Source of the DNA: an uncultured Deinococcaceae bacterium
Lineage (GTDB): Bacteria > Deinococcota > Deinococci > Deinococcales > Deinococcaceae
Length of the DNA: 64,000 bases
Direction: 5' to 3'
Assembly: GCA_964252075.1 (NCBI GenBank)
Contig: CAXULY010000029.1
Span: forward strand, 1-64,000
This document shows, piece after piece, positions 9,748 through 19,900 of the stretch (position 1 is the stretch's first letter; the number at the start of each line of letters is the position of its first letter). Made by a program: the position numbers and the translations under genes. The notes under the pieces were generated by a model. That model did not search any database and had not been told where the DNA came from. It saw only the letters and a program-made list of their open reading frames with translations.

Positions 9748-10896
9748 TTAGAGGCTGCCCACGCCCGTCCGCTGGATTTCCGCGTCGATGCGCCCCTGAT
9801 CGATGCCCATGAAGCGCGCGTCGTTCTTCACGGCTTCCACGCACTCACGCTCGCCCGCGCCGTGCGCCGCCACGCAGAAGTCGAGCGCCATGCCGAGGTC
9901 CGCGTTGTAATTCATGATGTAGCGCCCCGCGCCCGTGATGCACGCGCCGCGCTGGAAGTCATTCACGGTCTGGTTGCAGGCGTTCACGACGTAACTGAAG
10001 TGCCCGCGGTCCGGCGTGCCCAGGATATCCCGCCCGATGTTCGAGGCGCACTCGTACTTGCCGGCGTCCGGCGCGTTGTTGCACTCCTTGAAGGCCGCCG
10101 GGAAATCCCACTTCTTGGCGTCCAGGATGTAGCGGCCCTGGAACTGGTAGCAGGCCTGCACGTACTTCGTGTCGATGGCGTCGCACGGCCAGTGCACGTC
10201 GTTCGCCTTGTACTTGGGCTGCACCGGGTAATGGAAGATCTGGTAGCTGGCCGCCACGAGGTACTCCATGAACGCGCCCGCGTAGCAGGACTGCTGCTCG
10301 TACCACGTGGGGCCCGCGTCGCAGTCCGCGAGGGAGCCGCGGATGACGTCGATGCCGGGCGTGCCCTTCGCGGTCAGGATGTGCCCCATCATCACGCCGT
10401 GCCCCAGGCCGTGCAGGCACTGGAAGTACAGCGTCTGCTTGGGCTTCACCTCGTCGCAGGCGTGCGCGACCACCTTGCGGCTCGGCACGCCGTCCGACCC
10501 GATGGTTTTCATCATGACGCCGTGAAAGCAGCCGCTCGCGGCGTTGTCGCGGCAGGCGGAGAGCCGCTCCGGCAGCGTCTTGAACTTGTCGTAGGTGGCG
10601 TACCCGATCTCGTGCGCCAGCACGTGGCTTTCCTTCTCCACGTTCGGGTTGCGGGACGCCATGACGTCCAGCGCGAGCAGCGCGACCGCCGGGCTCTGCT
10701 GCTCAGTCACCGCGTGCAGTTCCTTGATCTGGCAGGCCTCGTCGTTCTGGCAGCGGATCAGCACCTGCCGGGCCGCCGCGTCCGCTTCCGAGTTTCCCGA
10801 GGAGAACCCACCTGTGCTCTGCCGCGCGGCCATCGCCCAGATACCCAGACCTGCCGCGACAGCCACAATGACCACGACCCACCAGATGCGCTTCAT
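9748..10896 (-). CDS. Membrane-anchored or exported Cys/His-rich hypothetical protein
   Basis: N-terminal hydrophobic helix; motifs SHVLAHEIG, GCFHG and CLHGLGHG, then repeated C-x(8-12)-C-x3-G units. Confidence 0.8.
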   Translation of the reverse strand: MKRIWWVVVIVAVAAGLGIWAMAARQSTGGFSSGNSEADAAARQVLIRCQNDEACQIKELHAVTEQQSPAVALLALDVMASRNPNVEKESHVLAHEIGYATYDKFKTLPERLSACRDNAASGCFHGVMMKTIGSDGVPSRKVVAHACDEVKPKQTLYFQCLHGLGHGVMMGHILTAKGTPGIDVIRGSLADCDAGPTWYEQQSCYAGAFMEYLVAASYQIFHYPVQPKYKANDVHWPCDAIDTKYVQACYQFQGRYILDAKKWDFPAAFKECNNAPDAGKYECASNIGRDILGTPDRGHFSYVVNACNQTVNDFQRGACITGAGRYIMNYNADLGMALDFCVAAHGAGERECVEAVKNDARFMGIDQGRIDAEIQRTGVGSL

Positions 10897-10956
10897 GCTT
10901 CGTCAATGTTAACCCAGTTGAACCAGACTGAAGTGAGGCACTTTATGTTCAGGCAC

Positions 10957-11241
10957 TCACCACTCGCTGATGGGCACCAGGTCCACGCCCTCGCCCTCGG
11001 CGCTGGTCACCTGGTAGCGGGCGTTGAAGCGCACGGTGACCTCGCCGCGGTCGAAGTGTGGGTCGGAGACGATCTGCTTGCGGAACACGAAGCCGCCCTC
11101 GTCCGCGTGGCTGATGTGGGCGCTCTTCGTGAAGCGCAGTTCGACGGTGTCGCTGTGCGGGCGGGTGCGCAGGCGCAGGCGGAAGGTGTTCTGGTCCTCC
11201 TGCTTCACATAGGGGTTGGGCGGCACTCGGCGGAAGAACAT
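10957..11241 (-). CDS. Small hypothetical protein (94 aa)
   Basis: MFFRRVPPNPYVKQ...; TACAAT 6 nt before the ATG; typical GC3 bias. Confidence 0.7.
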   Translation of the reverse strand: MFFRRVPPNPYVKQEDQNTFRLRLRTRPHSDTVELRFTKSAHISHADEGGFVFRKQIVSDPHFDRGEVTVRFNARYQVTSAEGEGVDLVPISEW

Positions 11242-11315
11242 ACGGTGATTGTAGGGAAGTGCCGCGCGGCACACCGGGGGGCAGGTCGCCAGGACCCACC
11301 CCACCGCGGTGTGCG

Positions 11316-12416
11316 TCAGGCGTCCGCGATGAGCGCGGCGAGCAGCGCGGTGTGCAGCGGCCAGCGGTCCAGGCGCACGTGTTCGTGGTCGGCGTGCGCG
11401 CCGTCGCCAGGCGAGCCGAGGCCGTCGAGGGTGGGGGCGATGGGGGCCGTGAAGTTCCCGTCGCTGCCGCCGCCCACGATGGCTTCGCCCACCTCGAAGC
11501 CCAGGTCGCGCGCGAGGATCTGCGCGCGCGCGAAAAGCCTCGCGGTGCCCTCAAGGCGCTCGAAGGGCGGGCGTTCCAGGCCGCCCGAGAGGTCCAGCTG
11601 AACGCGCGGATCCCGCACCTGGAGGGCGCGGGCGGCGGCCTCCAGACGCTCGCCTTCCGCCACCTGGGACACGCGCAGGTCCACCGCGAACCGCGCGTGC
11701 GCGGGAATCACGTTGGTGGCGCTGCCGCCCTGGATGGTCCCGACACTGACGGTGGTGCCCAGCTCGGGGCGCGCGAGGGCCTGCAGTTCCAGCACGAGGC
11801 GGGCGGCCTCGGTGATGGCGCTCGCGCCCTGCTCGGGGGCGTTCCCGGCGTGTGAGGCGATGCCGGTGAGTGTCACGCTGAACCCCCCGACGCCCTTGCG
11901 GCCAGTCTTGAGGGCGTGCGTGCCCGCCACGGGTGGCTCGACGACCAGCACCCGCTGGGCGCGGCGCGCGGCCTCGACGATGTGCGTGCGGCTCGCGCCG
12001 CTGCTCACCTCCTCGTCGGGTGTGAGGAGCACCTCCACGCCGCCGGCGGGCCAGCGTCCCTGAAGGGAGCGCAGCGCCCACAGGGCGCTCACGATGCCGC
12101 CTTTCATGTCGTACGTGCCGGGCCCGAAGGCGCGTTCGCCCTCCACGTGGAACGGCATGGTGCCGAGCGTGCCGTGCGGCCAGACCGTGTCGGCGTGCAT
12201 GAGAATCAGGGTGGGGTGTGTGGCGTCCCCGAGCGTGAAGCGGCGGCTGCCGCCGGGCAGCGCGTGGCCCTGCGCGCCCAGGGCGAGCAGCCAGCCCTCC
12301 ACCACGTCCTGAACGCGGGCGACGGCCATGAGGTCGCTGGATGGCGATTCGATCTCGACCAGGGTCCTGAGGTCGCGCAGCATGGCCTGCACATCAAAGA
12401 AAGCGGGGGCCGTCAT
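11316..12416 (-). CDS. M20 family metallopeptidase (glutamate carboxypeptidase-like)
   Basis: HADTVW, GPGTYDMKGG, PDEEV, SHAG, GGSDGNF, GAHA. Confidence 0.88.
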   Translation of the reverse strand: MTAPAFFDVQAMLRDLRTLVEIESPSSDLMAVARVQDVVEGWLLALGAQGHALPGGSRRFTLGDATHPTLILMHADTVWPHGTLGTMPFHVEGERAFGPGTYDMKGGIVSALWALRSLQGRWPAGGVEVLLTPDEEVSSGASRTHIVEAARRAQRVLVVEPPVAGTHALKTGRKGVGGFSVTLTGIASHAGNAPEQGASAITEAARLVLELQALARPELGTTVSVGTIQGGSATNVIPAHARFAVDLRVSQVAEGERLEAAARALQVRDPRVQLDLSGGLERPPFERLEGTARLFARAQILARDLGFEVGEAIVGGGSDGNFTAPIAPTLDGLGSPGDGAHADHEHVRLDRWPLHTALLAALIADA

Positions 12417-12446
12417 GGCCCCCATGCTAGTGCTTTGGGTGTGGGT

Positions 12447-12638
12447 TCAGGCGAGGCGCAGGCGCAGGTCGCCGTCGGCGTCAATGGTGGCGCGCCCCTT
12501 GAGGTACAGGTCGTTCAGGATGGGGGCCCCGACGGCCCGCACGAGGCGGTCCACGGTGGTTTCAATGGTGTCGCGCGCGCCCGTCAGGCGAACACGGTTG
12601 ATGGTGCCAGGTACCCAGGAGCAGGTCCAGCGGTTCAT
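12447..12638 (-). CDS. Small hypothetical protein (63 aa)
   Basis: Strong RBS GGAGGAG before the ATG; plausible globular sequence (MNRWTCSWVPGTINRVRL...). Confidence 0.65.
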   Translation of the reverse strand: MNRWTCSWVPGTINRVRLTGARDTIETTVDRLVRAVGAPILNDLYLKGRATIDADGDLRLRLA

Positions 12639-12821
12639 GTCTCCTCCGTTTCGAAGATCAGCTGATTGTGGGGGTCATTGAGGACAGCCAGATGGCCGCA
12701 AGGAGCAGTCTAGACGTCAGTCCCGGGCGTCGCCATACAGCTTCACTTGAGCGCCAGCTCATGAAGGCGCCTTTACTGGAAGCCCTTCCAGACGGGACTT
12801 TTCGGTCTTTTTGAACCCAGT

Positions 12822-13841
12822 TCAGGAAGACGCGACAGGCTGCTGCTGTCGCGCCTCCTCCAGCAGCTCCGAGAGGCGCGACAGGCAACGCGCGTACTTC
12901 TTGGCGTACGCGCCGTGCCGGTACGTGTCCGAGAACAGGGTGCCGAGCGGCGCCCCGCTGAAGGCCGCGCGCAGGCCCAGGTCGTACACCTTATCCACGA
13001 AGTGCACGAAGCGCAGCGCGACGTTCTGGTCGGGCATGGGCGCGAGGTCGCGGACGACGAGCGCCTCCACGCCGGAGAGCAGCTTCCCGAAGCGCGCGGG
13101 GTGCACCTCCAGCAGGTGACGGTTCAGGGCGCGGTGCGACACCACCGCGAGCGTCGCGTCCGCCTGCCGCACCTGCCACGCCTCCAGGTCCTCGGGCGTC
13201 AGGGGCGCCGCGCCCCCCCCGGACCGCTGACGGTAATCCGGGCCGTCAATGCGCAGCGACTGGAAGCGCGCTGCGATGGCCTGCAACTGCCGAGCGAAAT
13301 CCTCGGCGTTGAAGCGCCCCCGCCCGAGCGCGCCCGGCTCGGTGTTGCTGGTCGTCACGACGCTCACGCCGCCCGGCATCAGGTGCCCCAGGAAGGTGTT
13401 CACCATGTGCGTGTTGCCGGGGTCGTCCAGCTCGAACTCATCGATGGCGAGCAGGCGGTGCGCGGAGAACGCCTCAGTGGCGCGCACCATGCCGAGCGCC
13501 CCAATGGCGTACAGCAGCTCCTGGAAACTCATGAAGGCGCGCGGGCCGGGCGCCGCGAAGAACGTTGCGGCGAGCAGGTGCGTCTTGCCCACCCCGAAGC
13601 CCCCATCCAGGTACAGCCCCCGCCCCTCGCGCGTCACGCGCCGGAAGAGGCGACGCGGCGCGGGCGCACTGAGTTCGGCGGCGAACGCGCGGGCCGCCCC
13701 GACCGCCTGCGCCTGCGACGGGAACTGCGCGTTCGGCCGGTAGGTGTCGAACCGCGCCGTCTGGAACCGCGCGCCGGGCACGAAGGACGCCAGCAGTTCC
13801 TCGGGCGTGACGGTGGGATGGCGGTCCAGCAGGTCAATCAC
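12822..13841 (-). CDS. zapE: ZapE/AFG1-family ATPase
   Basis: GLYLDGGFGVGKTHLL, IDEFELDDPG, TTSNT, ALRFVHFVDKVYD, RCLSRL. Confidence 0.85.
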   Translation of the reverse strand: MIDLLDRHPTVTPEELLASFVPGARFQTARFDTYRPNAQFPSQAQAVGAARAFAAELSAPAPRRLFRRVTREGRGLYLDGGFGVGKTHLLAATFFAAPGPRAFMSFQELLYAIGALGMVRATEAFSAHRLLAIDEFELDDPGNTHMVNTFLGHLMPGGVSVVTTSNTEPGALGRGRFNAEDFARQLQAIAARFQSLRIDGPDYRQRSGGGAAPLTPEDLEAWQVRQADATLAVVSHRALNRHLLEVHPARFGKLLSGVEALVVRDLAPMPDQNVALRFVHFVDKVYDLGLRAAFSGAPLGTLFSDTYRHGAYAKKYARCLSRLSELLEEARQQQPVASS

Positions 13842-13898
13842 GCCCCGGAGTCTAGAGCGTGCGCCGTCCGCGGGGGTGGCGCACGCCGCGATCCCCGC

Positions 13899-14285
13899 TT
13901 ACCCCGCCGAGCCGTAGGGCCGCGTGATGACCTCCAGCCCGTGCCCCGCTGGGTCCCTGAAGTACACGCCGCGCCCGCCGTGGCGCGTGTTGATCTGGCC
14001 GGGCAGGCGCGCCTGCGGGTCCGCCCAGTGCGGCGCGCCGTCCCGCACGAGGCGCGCGTGAATCTCATCGAAGCGCTGGTCGTCCACGAGGACGGCGTAG
14101 TGCTGCATCTGGATGTCCCGGGTGCCGGGCTCCGCGAACTGCAGCACGACGCCGTCCTCCAGCAGGACGGACACGAATGGCCCCCAGCTCACGGGCGCCG
14201 GCAGTCCGAGCAGCGCCGCGTAGAAGGACGCGGACGCATGGCGGTCCCGCGCCGCAATGATGGCGTGGTTGAAACGCGCCGTCAC
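13899..14285 (-). CDS. VOC/glyoxalase family protein
   Basis: FNHAII..SASFY, QHYA, GGRGVYFRDPAGHGLEVIT. Confidence 0.85.
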   Translation of the reverse strand: MTARFNHAIIAARDRHASASFYAALLGLPAPVSWGPFVSVLLEDGVVLQFAEPGTRDIQMQHYAVLVDDQRFDEIHARLVRDGAPHWADPQARLPGQINTRHGGRGVYFRDPAGHGLEVITRPYGSAG

Positions 14286-14378
14286 ATCAGACCTCGCTCA
14301 GCGCGGGCGGGCGGCGCCACAAGCAGCCGGGCGCACCCACCCGCCGCGCTGAACGTCAGTGTAAACGTAAACCTCGCG

Positions 14379-15077
14379 TCAGCGGTGCACGTCCAGCTCC
14401 ACCTTGTAATTCCCGCGCCGCGTCTCGCTCACCACGCGCTTGAAGTCAATGCGGCCCAGGCCTTCCGCCGAGAGGCTGTCCCCCTCGCGGATGTCACTCG
14501 ACGCGCGCGCGAGTTGCCCGTTGATGCGCACCTTCCCGCCCTCGATGCCCTGCTGGAAGTACGCGCGGCTCACCCCGAAGCCCTTGGCGCCCACCACGTC
14601 CACCCGCATGGACGGCACCACGACTTCCCGCGTGCGGCTGGCCTTGCCGGCCGTCTCCCCCACCTCCTCCACGGACAGCTCCGCGTCACCCAGGCGCGGC
14701 GCGGCCTCCAGCGCCGCGCGGCCCTTCGGGGTGACGGCCAGCAGGTAACTTCCACCGCGCTCCTCGCGCAGGTCCCCCAGCTGGTCCTCCGGGATGCCCA
14801 GGCGCCGCAAGGCCACCGTCACGTCCTGCGCGTCCCAGCCGCCCGGGAAGTCCCCCATCAGGCGCAGCACCGTCACGCCCGCGTCCACCTGCGGGATGTG
14901 CGCCGGGTACAGCGTGAGCACCACCCGCCGCGCGTCCGGGAAGCCGCCCGCGAGCACGTACCGCACCTCGTCGTCGTTCAGCAGGCGGCGATCAATGGAC
15001 TCCCCGTCCACGAAGGCGGTACGCACCACGCGCCCGCCGCGCGCCTGACTCATGAGCGTGCTGAGCTTGTCTTTCAT
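14379..15077 (-). CDS. S4-domain RNA-binding protein (YlmH-like)
   Basis: GGFPDARR; C-terminal S4 motif SMRVDVVGAKGFGVSR..IEGGKVRING..GDSLSAEGLGR. Confidence 0.82.
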   Translation of the reverse strand: MKDKLSTLMSQARGGRVVRTAFVDGESIDRRLLNDDEVRYVLAGGFPDARRVVLTLYPAHIPQVDAGVTVLRLMGDFPGGWDAQDVTVALRRLGIPEDQLGDLREERGGSYLLAVTPKGRAALEAAPRLGDAELSVEEVGETAGKASRTREVVVPSMRVDVVGAKGFGVSRAYFQQGIEGGKVRINGQLARASSDIREGDSLSAEGLGRIDFKRVVSETRRGNYKVELDVHR

Positions 15078-15175
15078 GGCCCGAGTCTAGAGGACGCGCC
15101 GCGACCCACCACCCGCCAAAGGGCTCAGGCCGTTCAGGAAGCCTGCGTCGCCCCTCAATCTGGCATTGTGAACGC

Positions 15176-15715
15176 ATGAAGCGCTCTCGCCCGCCCGGCC
15201 TGCTCGGCGCCCTCGCCCGGCTGTTCGCCCTAACGCGCTTCATCGCGGAACTCGGCGTGCTGTCCAGCGCTGTGCTGTCCCTCGCCCTGTTCGCGCTGTC
15301 CATCCTGCGGCTGTGGCCGACCCTCGTGGGCGTCTTCTCGCACTTCGCGGACGACGACTCCGTCAAGCGCCTCCTCGTGAGCGCCGTCGAGCAGGCGGAC
15401 GTGCTGCTCGTCGCGACCGCCCTCCTCATCGTCAGCATCGGGCTGCAGGCGCTCTTCGTCGGCCGCTCCGACCAGCTGCCTGGCTGGCTGCACATCCACA
15501 CCTTCGACGACCTCAAGCAGAAACTGCTGGGCGTCGTCGCGGCGGCGCTCGCCGTGCGCTTCTTCTCCGCCGCCGTCGACTGGCACGGCGAGACCAGCAT
15601 CCTGCCGCTTGGCCTCGCCACGGCACTCGTGATGCTCGCCATCGCCGCGAACGTCCTCGTGAACGCCCGCAAGGGCCGCGCGGAAGCGCCAGCGGACGGG
15701 CCCACGGATGAGTAG
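15176..15715 (+). CDS. YqhA/UPF0114-family membrane protein
   Basis: Four hydrophobic helices; LPGWLHIHTFDDLKQKL motif. Confidence 0.75.
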   Translation: MKRSRPPGLLGALARLFALTRFIAELGVLSSAVLSLALFALSILRLWPTLVGVFSHFADDDSVKRLLVSAVEQADVLLVATALLIVSIGLQALFVGRSDQLPGWLHIHTFDDLKQKLLGVVAAALAVRFFSAAVDWHGETSILPLGLATALVMLAIAANVLVNARKGRAEAPADGPTDE

Positions 15716-15724
15716 ACTCAGGGC

Positions 15725-16123
15725 ATGCACATCGCCGACCCCCTAGGCGTGCCGGGCGCGCCCGCCGAAACCCTGAACGCCCTCACCTCGCGCTTCACGG
15801 GCTCGGACCTCACGGGCGCCCACCTCATCCTCATCACGGACGACCAGGGAAAGCGCGAAACCGCCCGCTACGCCGCCCTCATCACGACCGGCGGGGAAGC
15901 GGTGCTCACGGTGCCCGCCTTCGGACCGCGCTTCGGCCCGGACGGCACCCTCGCCCTGCGCGAACTCGCCCGCTGGGCGCGCGAGCACGGCCTGGAGAAC
16001 CTCAAGGAGACCGTCCTGAACCCCTCCGACTTCACCCGCGTGGTGGGCGAACCCGACGCCAGGGACGTCGCGCACCTCATCGCCGCCGCGAACCCCAGCG
16101 ACCTCGGCATTTACCTCAAGTAA
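15725..16123 (+). CDS. Conserved hypothetical protein (DUF3197-like)
   Basis: LITDDQGKRETARYAAL, AFGPRFG..ALRELARWA, AANPSDLGIY. Confidence 0.65.
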   Translation: MHIADPLGVPGAPAETLNALTSRFTGSDLTGAHLILITDDQGKRETARYAALITTGGEAVLTVPAFGPRFGPDGTLALRELARWAREHGLENLKETVLNPSDFTRVVGEPDARDVAHLIAAANPSDLGIYLK

Positions 16124-16129
16124 AGCCCG

Positions 16130-16312
16130 TCAGCCGCCCTTCGGCTCACCCTTCGCCGCGCGGCGGCAGCGGTCCGAGCAGTACCGCACCTGATCCCAGT
16201 CCCGCGCCCACTTCTTGCGCCACGTGAAGCTCAGGCCGCACGCCGCGCACACCTTCACGGGCCGCTCCGACGGCGGCCGCCCACCCCCGAACCCCCGCTC
16301 AGGCCGGGGCAC
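16130..16312 (-). CDS. DUF2256-domain small Cys protein
   Basis: [31 protein letters not shown]; start GTG 16312 is inferred. Confidence 0.82.
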   Translation of the reverse strand: MPRPERGFGGGRPPSERPVKVCAACGLSFTWRKKWARDWDQVRYCSDRCRRAAKGEPKGG

Positions 16313-16820
16313 GCGCCACCCCACGCAGCCACCCCTGCGCGCGCGCCGCCAGGTCATCCGGCGTGTCCTGGGCGCCCACCGGCAGGGTGAGCACCCCCTC
16401 GTCCAGCGCGGGTTCCTCCAGCGTGACCAGCTGACTGGGCAGCAGGTTCGCCTTCGCGTAATGCCCACGGCGGTGACTGAGGCGCTCGTTCAGCAACGCC
16501 TGCGGCACCTGCAGGTACACGAACCGCACGCCCGGCACGCGCAAGGTGTCCCGGTACGTGCGCTTGAGCGCCGAGCACGCCAGCACCACCGGCCCCTCCG
16601 TGGCGAGCAGGTCACGCAGGCGCGCCAGCCACGGCGCGCGGTCCGCGTCCGTCAGGCCCTCACCGCGCGCCATCTTGGCCTTCGCTTCCGGCGAGTGCTG
16701 GTCGTCGGCATCCACGAACCGCACGCCCAGGCGCGCCGCGAGCGCCTCGCCCGTGCTGGTCTTGCCGCTCCCCGTGACACCCATCACAACCACGGATGGA
16801 GAAACTGAATTGATGGTCAC
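16299..16820 (-). CDS. gntK: Gluconokinase
   Basis: [58 protein letters not shown]. Confidence 0.88.
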   Translation of the reverse strand: MTINSVSPSVVVMGVTGSGKTSTGEALAARLGVRFVDADDQHSPEAKAKMARGEGLTDADRAPWLARLRDLLATEGPVVLACSALKRTYRDTLRVPGVRFVYLQVPQALLNERLSHRRGHYAKANLLPSQLVTLEEPALDEGVLTLPVGAQDTPDDLAARAQGWLRGVARAPA

Positions 16821-16859
16821 GGCCCCAGTGTGCCCCGCCCGCACCACGCACACCGTGAG

Positions 16860-16889
16860 AAAACGCCCCCAGCGAGATCGCTGGGGGCG
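16860..16889 (-). terminator. Intrinsic terminator closing the DUF11 operon
   Basis: Stem CGCCCCCAGCGA/TCGCTGGGGGCG plus TTTT on the minus strand. Confidence 0.8.
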
Positions 16890-16907
16890 CAGAAAAGCCA
16901 GAGACGC

Positions 16908-19900
16908 TTACGGCACCTGCGCCTTAAAGCACACCACACCTTTACCGGTCGAGGCCGCTACCGTCCCCACATTTACCGTGAGGTTCGTGGCGGTCAGGTC
17001 GCCCGCGTCGTCACCACTGGCAGAGGTCAGGGCCGTGCCAGCGGGCGCAGCCGTCGCGCCGCTCGCGAGCGAAGCGCCGTTCGCGTACAGAATGCCCAGG
17101 CCCGCGCCGTAGCCGTTCAGCTGAGCGGGGCCACTGGCGACGATGGTGTCCTTCAGGACCAGACTGGTCGCGTTCCCCGCCCCAGTGTTCGTGTACGCAA
17201 TGCAGTACTCCAGGTATTCGCCCGGCTTACCGACGGCGCCGGCACTGCTGAAGGTTCCAGTGTTGGAACTTAGGCTGGAGCCGATGTTGCGCACATACTT
17301 GGAGAGCGTGACGGACGGCGCCACAACCGTCAGGGTGGTGCGGGTCGGGTCGGACACGCCCGTCACCGTGGGGTCGTCGGTCGGCACGTTGACGCTCTGC
17401 TGCGAGACGACGCCCTGGTTGCTGATCGGGGATGCAACCCCCGAGTTGCCCACCTGCACCTGGAAGGTCACGGTCGCCGTGGCACCTGCCGCGAGCGTTC
17501 CCGCCACCTGCCCCGCGCTGTTGATGAGGGACGCCGTGCCGTAAGGATAGGACGAAGCGTTCAGGTTGGTGCCGTTGAGCGTCGCTGTGTTGGGAATATA
17601 GGTCAGCCCCGAAGGCAGCACATCCAAGAATTTGACATTGGCCGCCGCAACCGTCGTACTCGTGTTCTTGACCGCAATGGTGTAGGTGAGCGTGCCGCCC
17701 AGAGTGGTCGAGCTCGCAGAGACCGTTTTGGTCGCGGTCAGGTTCGGGTTAAAGCCGAAGTCCCGGGACGTGATGCTCGCACCGCCTGTCAGGGTCACGC
17801 TGTATGTCCCGGAGGCAGGGCTGATTAAAGTTGCATTTCCGAGATCAGGGTCGGTCTTGCGGATCGTCGCAGTGTATGGATCCGTGGGCACGTTCAGGAA
17901 GCTGTAGTTGCCGTTGGCGTCCGTGAAAGCTGTGCTGGTGATGCCGCTGCTGCTGTTGGTGAGCGTGACCGGGATGCCAGCGCCGAACCGCGAGTCAGGC
18001 GTGCTGAACGAGCTGCTGTTGTCCATGTCACCGTACACCGTGCCCGAAATGTTGCCCGTGGTGATGCCCGTACAGGTCGTCCACGACAGGTCGTCAAGTG
18101 CCAGGTCGTTGCCACCGCCACCACCGGTGTTGTTGCGGAAACGCACCGTAACCTCGCTGGCCGCGCCGGTGTTGACGAGCAGTGAGAAGTTCTTCCAGAT
18201 GGGCGCGTTGGTGTTGGCGATGTTGCCTGAGGTGAAGATGCTCTGCCCTTCACTGCCGTCGGCGGTCGCGGGGTTGTCGTCATCGTCCACGCCGGTGTAG
18301 TCCACCTCAATGGACACGTTGGGCACGATTCCGGCGTTGTTGGCGATCAGGTTCACGATCCAGCCGCCCACCTCATAGTTGGTATTGGGCGTCACCGCAA
18401 ACTTTTCTTGGTAGAACACGTTCGCGCTCAGATTGGCGTTCACCACCATCATCTGTCCAGTCGCGTTGCCGGTCGTGTGATCGCCAAGCACATGCCAGGC
18501 ACCGTCCTGGCGGTCACTGTCGAAGTTGGTGACTTCATACTCCCCGTCCTCAGGGCTGTAATTGCCTGGGGAAGCCACCTGGGTCCGGGTGTTGTATGTG
18601 TAGCCTGTGGAGCCCAGGGAACCTGTCGCCGCCAGGGTCCTGCGGGTCGGCGGGTTGGTGGACGAGCCAGCTGCCACGCTTCCAAAAGTGCCGTTCAACG
18701 AGAACAGGTTGGTGCCCAGCGTACCGCCATGGACCAAGCACGCCCCCGAAGGCTCAGCGATAAAAGGCATGGTGATGGTCGCGGGTGAAGGGTCCTGCTG
18801 GCCCGCCGCGTCCCTGGCCGCGACCTGAAAGCTGACGGTCAGCGCGCCGTTGCTGGTGGGGTCCACCTGCAGGCTGTTGACCACGTAAGCCGTGATGCAC
18901 TGCCCGGCGCTGACGACGACACTCTGATAGAACAGGGTGGCGTTGGTGGGCAGCGACGTGATGCAGAATGTGCTGCCCGCGCCAAGAGCACCGTCCTCAG
19001 GGTCGGTGCCCGTCAGGGTCGGAACCACGAACCGGCTCGTGCCCGAAGCGTTTTGCTGGCTGCTGGCGGTGGCTGAGGTCGTATCGGGCAGCTGTTCAAT
19101 GCCAAAGTTCTGCGCGGTGACGTTGGCCGCAGCGATGGTCACGGCAAGATTGCCATCAGCAGTGGCGTCCTTGGTGCCGTTGCTGTTCTCACCGGTATTG
19201 ACCCAATTGCTCGGCACGCTGCCCGTGGTTGGAGCGGTGCCGCCCACCGCCACGCTACCGTTCGTGCTGAGGCGCAGGGTGTAGGTGGTGTTGGTCAACA
19301 ACCCCCCGATGGTATAGGTTCCGTCAGTCGCACTGACTGTCGCTTTGCCCGCCACAGTGGTGCCATTCACGGCGTACACGGTCAGACTGCTCGTGCCTGC
19401 ATTCGTTCCAGCTTCACCCGTCGCGGCCTGCACGCCATCGCCATTTATGTCGTCAAAGACCGTTCCAGAGATGCTTGCGGTCACAAGTAGGGACGCACTG
19501 GCTGCTGCAGCGTTGGTTCCACCGGTGGTGTCTAATGCGCTAGCGGCGATAGTGTTGGTGTAGGTACCAACGCTAGAAGCAGTGACGCTCACGGTGATGG
19601 TGCATCCGCCCGCCGGAATCTTGCCTCCAGCATTCAACGTGATGGTACCTGTATTGATGCTAGCTGACACAGTGTTGCCCGTGATGGTGGTGCATGTGCC
19701 GCCCAAGTTGGGGGTGGCGGCAATCACCATGTTGCTGGGCGTGGTGGGAAGGTTATCGGTGAAGGTTGACTGCAGGTACACGGGCGCCAGGTTGGTGTTT
19801 CCTAGCGTGATGGTGAGTGTACTTGTCGCGCCTGGCGCGATGCTGTTAGGCGAAAAGCTCTTGGTGACCGTGGGCGAGTTGGGCAGGGTGGCGCAGGTGC

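Noticed and set aside
10943..10960. TTATGTTC as a DdrO/RDRM radiation-response box
   Set aside because: Only a half-site matches; the palindromic second half is missing.
12640..12820. Possible ncRNA between zapE and the 63-aa gene
   Set aside because: Only weak short stems and no recognisable consensus; cannot be supported without a covariance search.
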